DNA of 64,000 nt from Geosiphon pyriformis uo1 (Eukaryota; Fungi; Glomeromycota), in the NCBI GenBank assembly GCA_016748015.1, contig JAAOMT010000175.1, forward strand, positions 575,498-639,497. Direction: 5' to 3'. The position numbers were made by a program, and so were the translations under genes. Below the pieces are notes generated by a model. It was not told where the DNA came from. It was given only the letters and a program-made list of their open reading frames with translations, and made no database searches. Shown here one piece after another: positions 61,750 to 64,000 of this stretch (the first letter of the stretch is position 1; every line of letters begins with the position of its first letter).

Positions 61750-64000
61750 GAGAGAAAAGTTCACAAAAAACAATAACAAAATGAGTTATTTTCAGATTTT
61801 ATCTATTTTTAGAATTTACATTTGGTGAAATTACATTATAAATACTCAAATTTTTTTTTTGAGCAAATTTTATTAATTGTTTTATTAAAGCCAAATAATT
61901 TTTTATTTAATAAAATTATGTTAAATACATCAAATTTTATACTAGACTCTAAGATATAGCTTTTTTAAGTAGATTTATGTAATATATTTATCAAGTAAAA
62001 GATGTCCAAAACAGATAAAAATTTTAAAATTTTAATGATTTTAAACTTAATATCAAGATAAATACTAAGTTTTAGCATTTTTTTATAATAATTTATTAAC
62101 AAAAGCCATAAAATAAAATCTGAATAATTATGGTTTTATTGATTTATTAAAATTCAAGATAAATTTTATGCAAGTAAAAACTAAGAAAATTATATTAAAC
62201 TTGTTATTAAACCTATTACTAAAATTAAAAAAGTGATTAAAGTGAACAAAAACTGTTATAACCATAGAACTAAATTATATATTCAAAAAATTTATCAATT
62301 AGCTATTGAAACCAATAAACTATAACCTAACTTTAGGTTTTCATTTAAAAATAGCAATAAGACAATAACAACAATAGTTATTTTTTTATGCTTTATGTGA
62401 TTATTTAAGTTCCAAACAATCTCTATTTGTTTAAACTATTTAAATAAGAAAATAAAATAAGGATCTATTTTCAGAACTTTTTAATGTTTCAAATTTAGCT
62501 TTTTTGAAAATTTGAAATCCTTATTTATTAGCAAAACTTTATTCATATAAAACATTCAAAATTTAATAATTTATTTGTGTTGCTTAAAAATTATGTTTTT
62601 AAAATTATTAATTGAAAACCCAATTTCACTCTTTAACTGACTTAAAAGAATATTTATAGTTATCAATAAAAGTTTGCCTATTTTTTTAGCTAGTAAATAT
62701 TCAAAAGTTGTCAACATAGTTAAAAATTATCTTGTAAATAATCAGAAAATTTTTAAAAACTTATTTAATTACTTGAATAATAAAAGTCCAAAGTGTTTAA
62801 TAGACAATATCTTGCTTAGTTTTTGTTTAGAACATAGAATTAAAACTATTCCTAATTTAACAAAAGCAGCAAATACAAAAATTTTTTTGGACAATTTTTC
62901 TTAGGTTATTGTTATAATAATGAAATTGGTACTTTAAAAGATCAAAGAAAAGCATTTGAATTTTATTTAAAAACTGCAAAAAAAAGACATTTAGATACAC
63001 AATACAACTTTGCATTTTGTTGTAATAATAGAGAAAGAATGACAAAAAACGAGAAAAAAGCATTTGAACTTTATTCAAAAGTTGTAAAGATAGGATATTT
63101 ACTTGGACTAATTATTCTTAAAGCATATTATCAAAAATAATTAGAAACAGAAAGATTTAGAAAAAGTAAAAAATCTGAATTCACAAATTAGTATTAGAAC
63201 ATATTATTGAAATGGATAAAAAATAGTAAAAAATTATGAAGAAACATTTTAATTTTATTTAAAAACAACAGAAACATGAAATTAAAATATATAATATAAT
63301 CTTGAATAGTATTATTAAAATGGATGAGAAATTATAAAAAGTCTTCAAAAAGCATTTAAACTTTATTTAAAAACAGCAAAAGCAAATAACTTATGTTATT
63401 AAGTAATTTTATTAATTTGAATATTTATAATCTTATCTTTAAAAACTAAAACAATTTTAAATATATTATTTTACAATTTCAAAATTAAGGCTTTAAATAC
63501 TTCCAATAATTTTAATAGAGAATTTTTAGATTTTGAAGTTTTCTTTAATTAGTTTTTATATGAATTCAATTATTTTAAATATAGTAACTTAAGTATAATT
63601 ATTAATAAATCTTTTATATGTTTATTTTGTAATATTAATAATAATAATGATAATGTTTTTGAAGCAGATTTGCTAAAATGTCTAAAATATTATATTGTAT
63701 TAAAAGATCTAATTTGATATAATTTTTGTGAATCATTAAGATTTTTAAATATTTGGGGAACATAAAATACTGAAAATAATAATATTAATCAGTATATATT
63801 ATATATACAGAATAATTTTAAAAACTGCAGAGGCTGTCTGAAATAGATTTTTCTTAATAATATTATATATTTAAATCAAGTAGAAGTGGAAAGATTTGGT
63901 ATTATAAAAAAAATAGATAAAAAAATAGTAGAATTCTATTTTAGAACAAAAAATTCAAAAGTATGAACAAACTGGAATTACAAAAATTGCTTTAAAATAT
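61750..64000 (+). pseudogene. Decayed Sel1-kinase pseudogene, inverted paralogue of the 24.2-26.3 kb gene
   Basis: Sel1 units at 62900-63400 including the same irregular repeat; NLNIYNLIF..NNF...ILQF matches DLNALYLTL..NDL...ILQF; then kinase N-lobe remnants (CL.*IF, VERFGII, KIALK). Runs off the window end. Confidence 0.7.

Overview
AT-rich, intron-containing eukaryotic DNA. The gene families (TKL kinases with DLG motif, Sel1 arrays, BTB-BACK-TLDc, MATA-HMG paralogues) point to a Glomeromycota fungus; the Lipase_3 expansion and LINE type suggest Geosiphon-like, which is tentative and from memory. The window has two compartments. (1) 1-21.7 kb is intact and gene-dense: an Mch1/nodulin-like MFS transporter, a promethin/LDAF1-like membrane protein, a TKL kinase with a GC-AG intron, and six secreted or membrane-anchored lipase-fold genes arranged twice as GDSL(+), Lipase_3(-), Lipase_3(-). 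After manual splicing, all six lack canonical catalytic residues while keeping open frames and conserved introns: the Lipase_3 nucleophile motif GHSLGG reads GHGIGG, GWGSGG, GHGEGG and GHDEGG, and the GDSL proteins lose His/Asn or Ser/Asn/His. This candidate pseudo-lipase (lipid-binding or sensing) cluster is the main finding. (2) 22-64 kb is mostly decayed repeats and pseudogenes: DD34E Tc1 elements, a kinase-Sel1-kinase pseudogene across an assembly gap, a ~12.7-kb inverted duplication carrying four HMG-family copies (one intact, one HMG-less in-frame mini-protein, two pseudogenes) plus lipase remnants, a C>T/G>A-eroded LINE with RNase H, an HTH-only Tc1 derivative, three BTB(-TLDc) pseudogenes and a pogo remnant. 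All splice models and alignments were made by eye.
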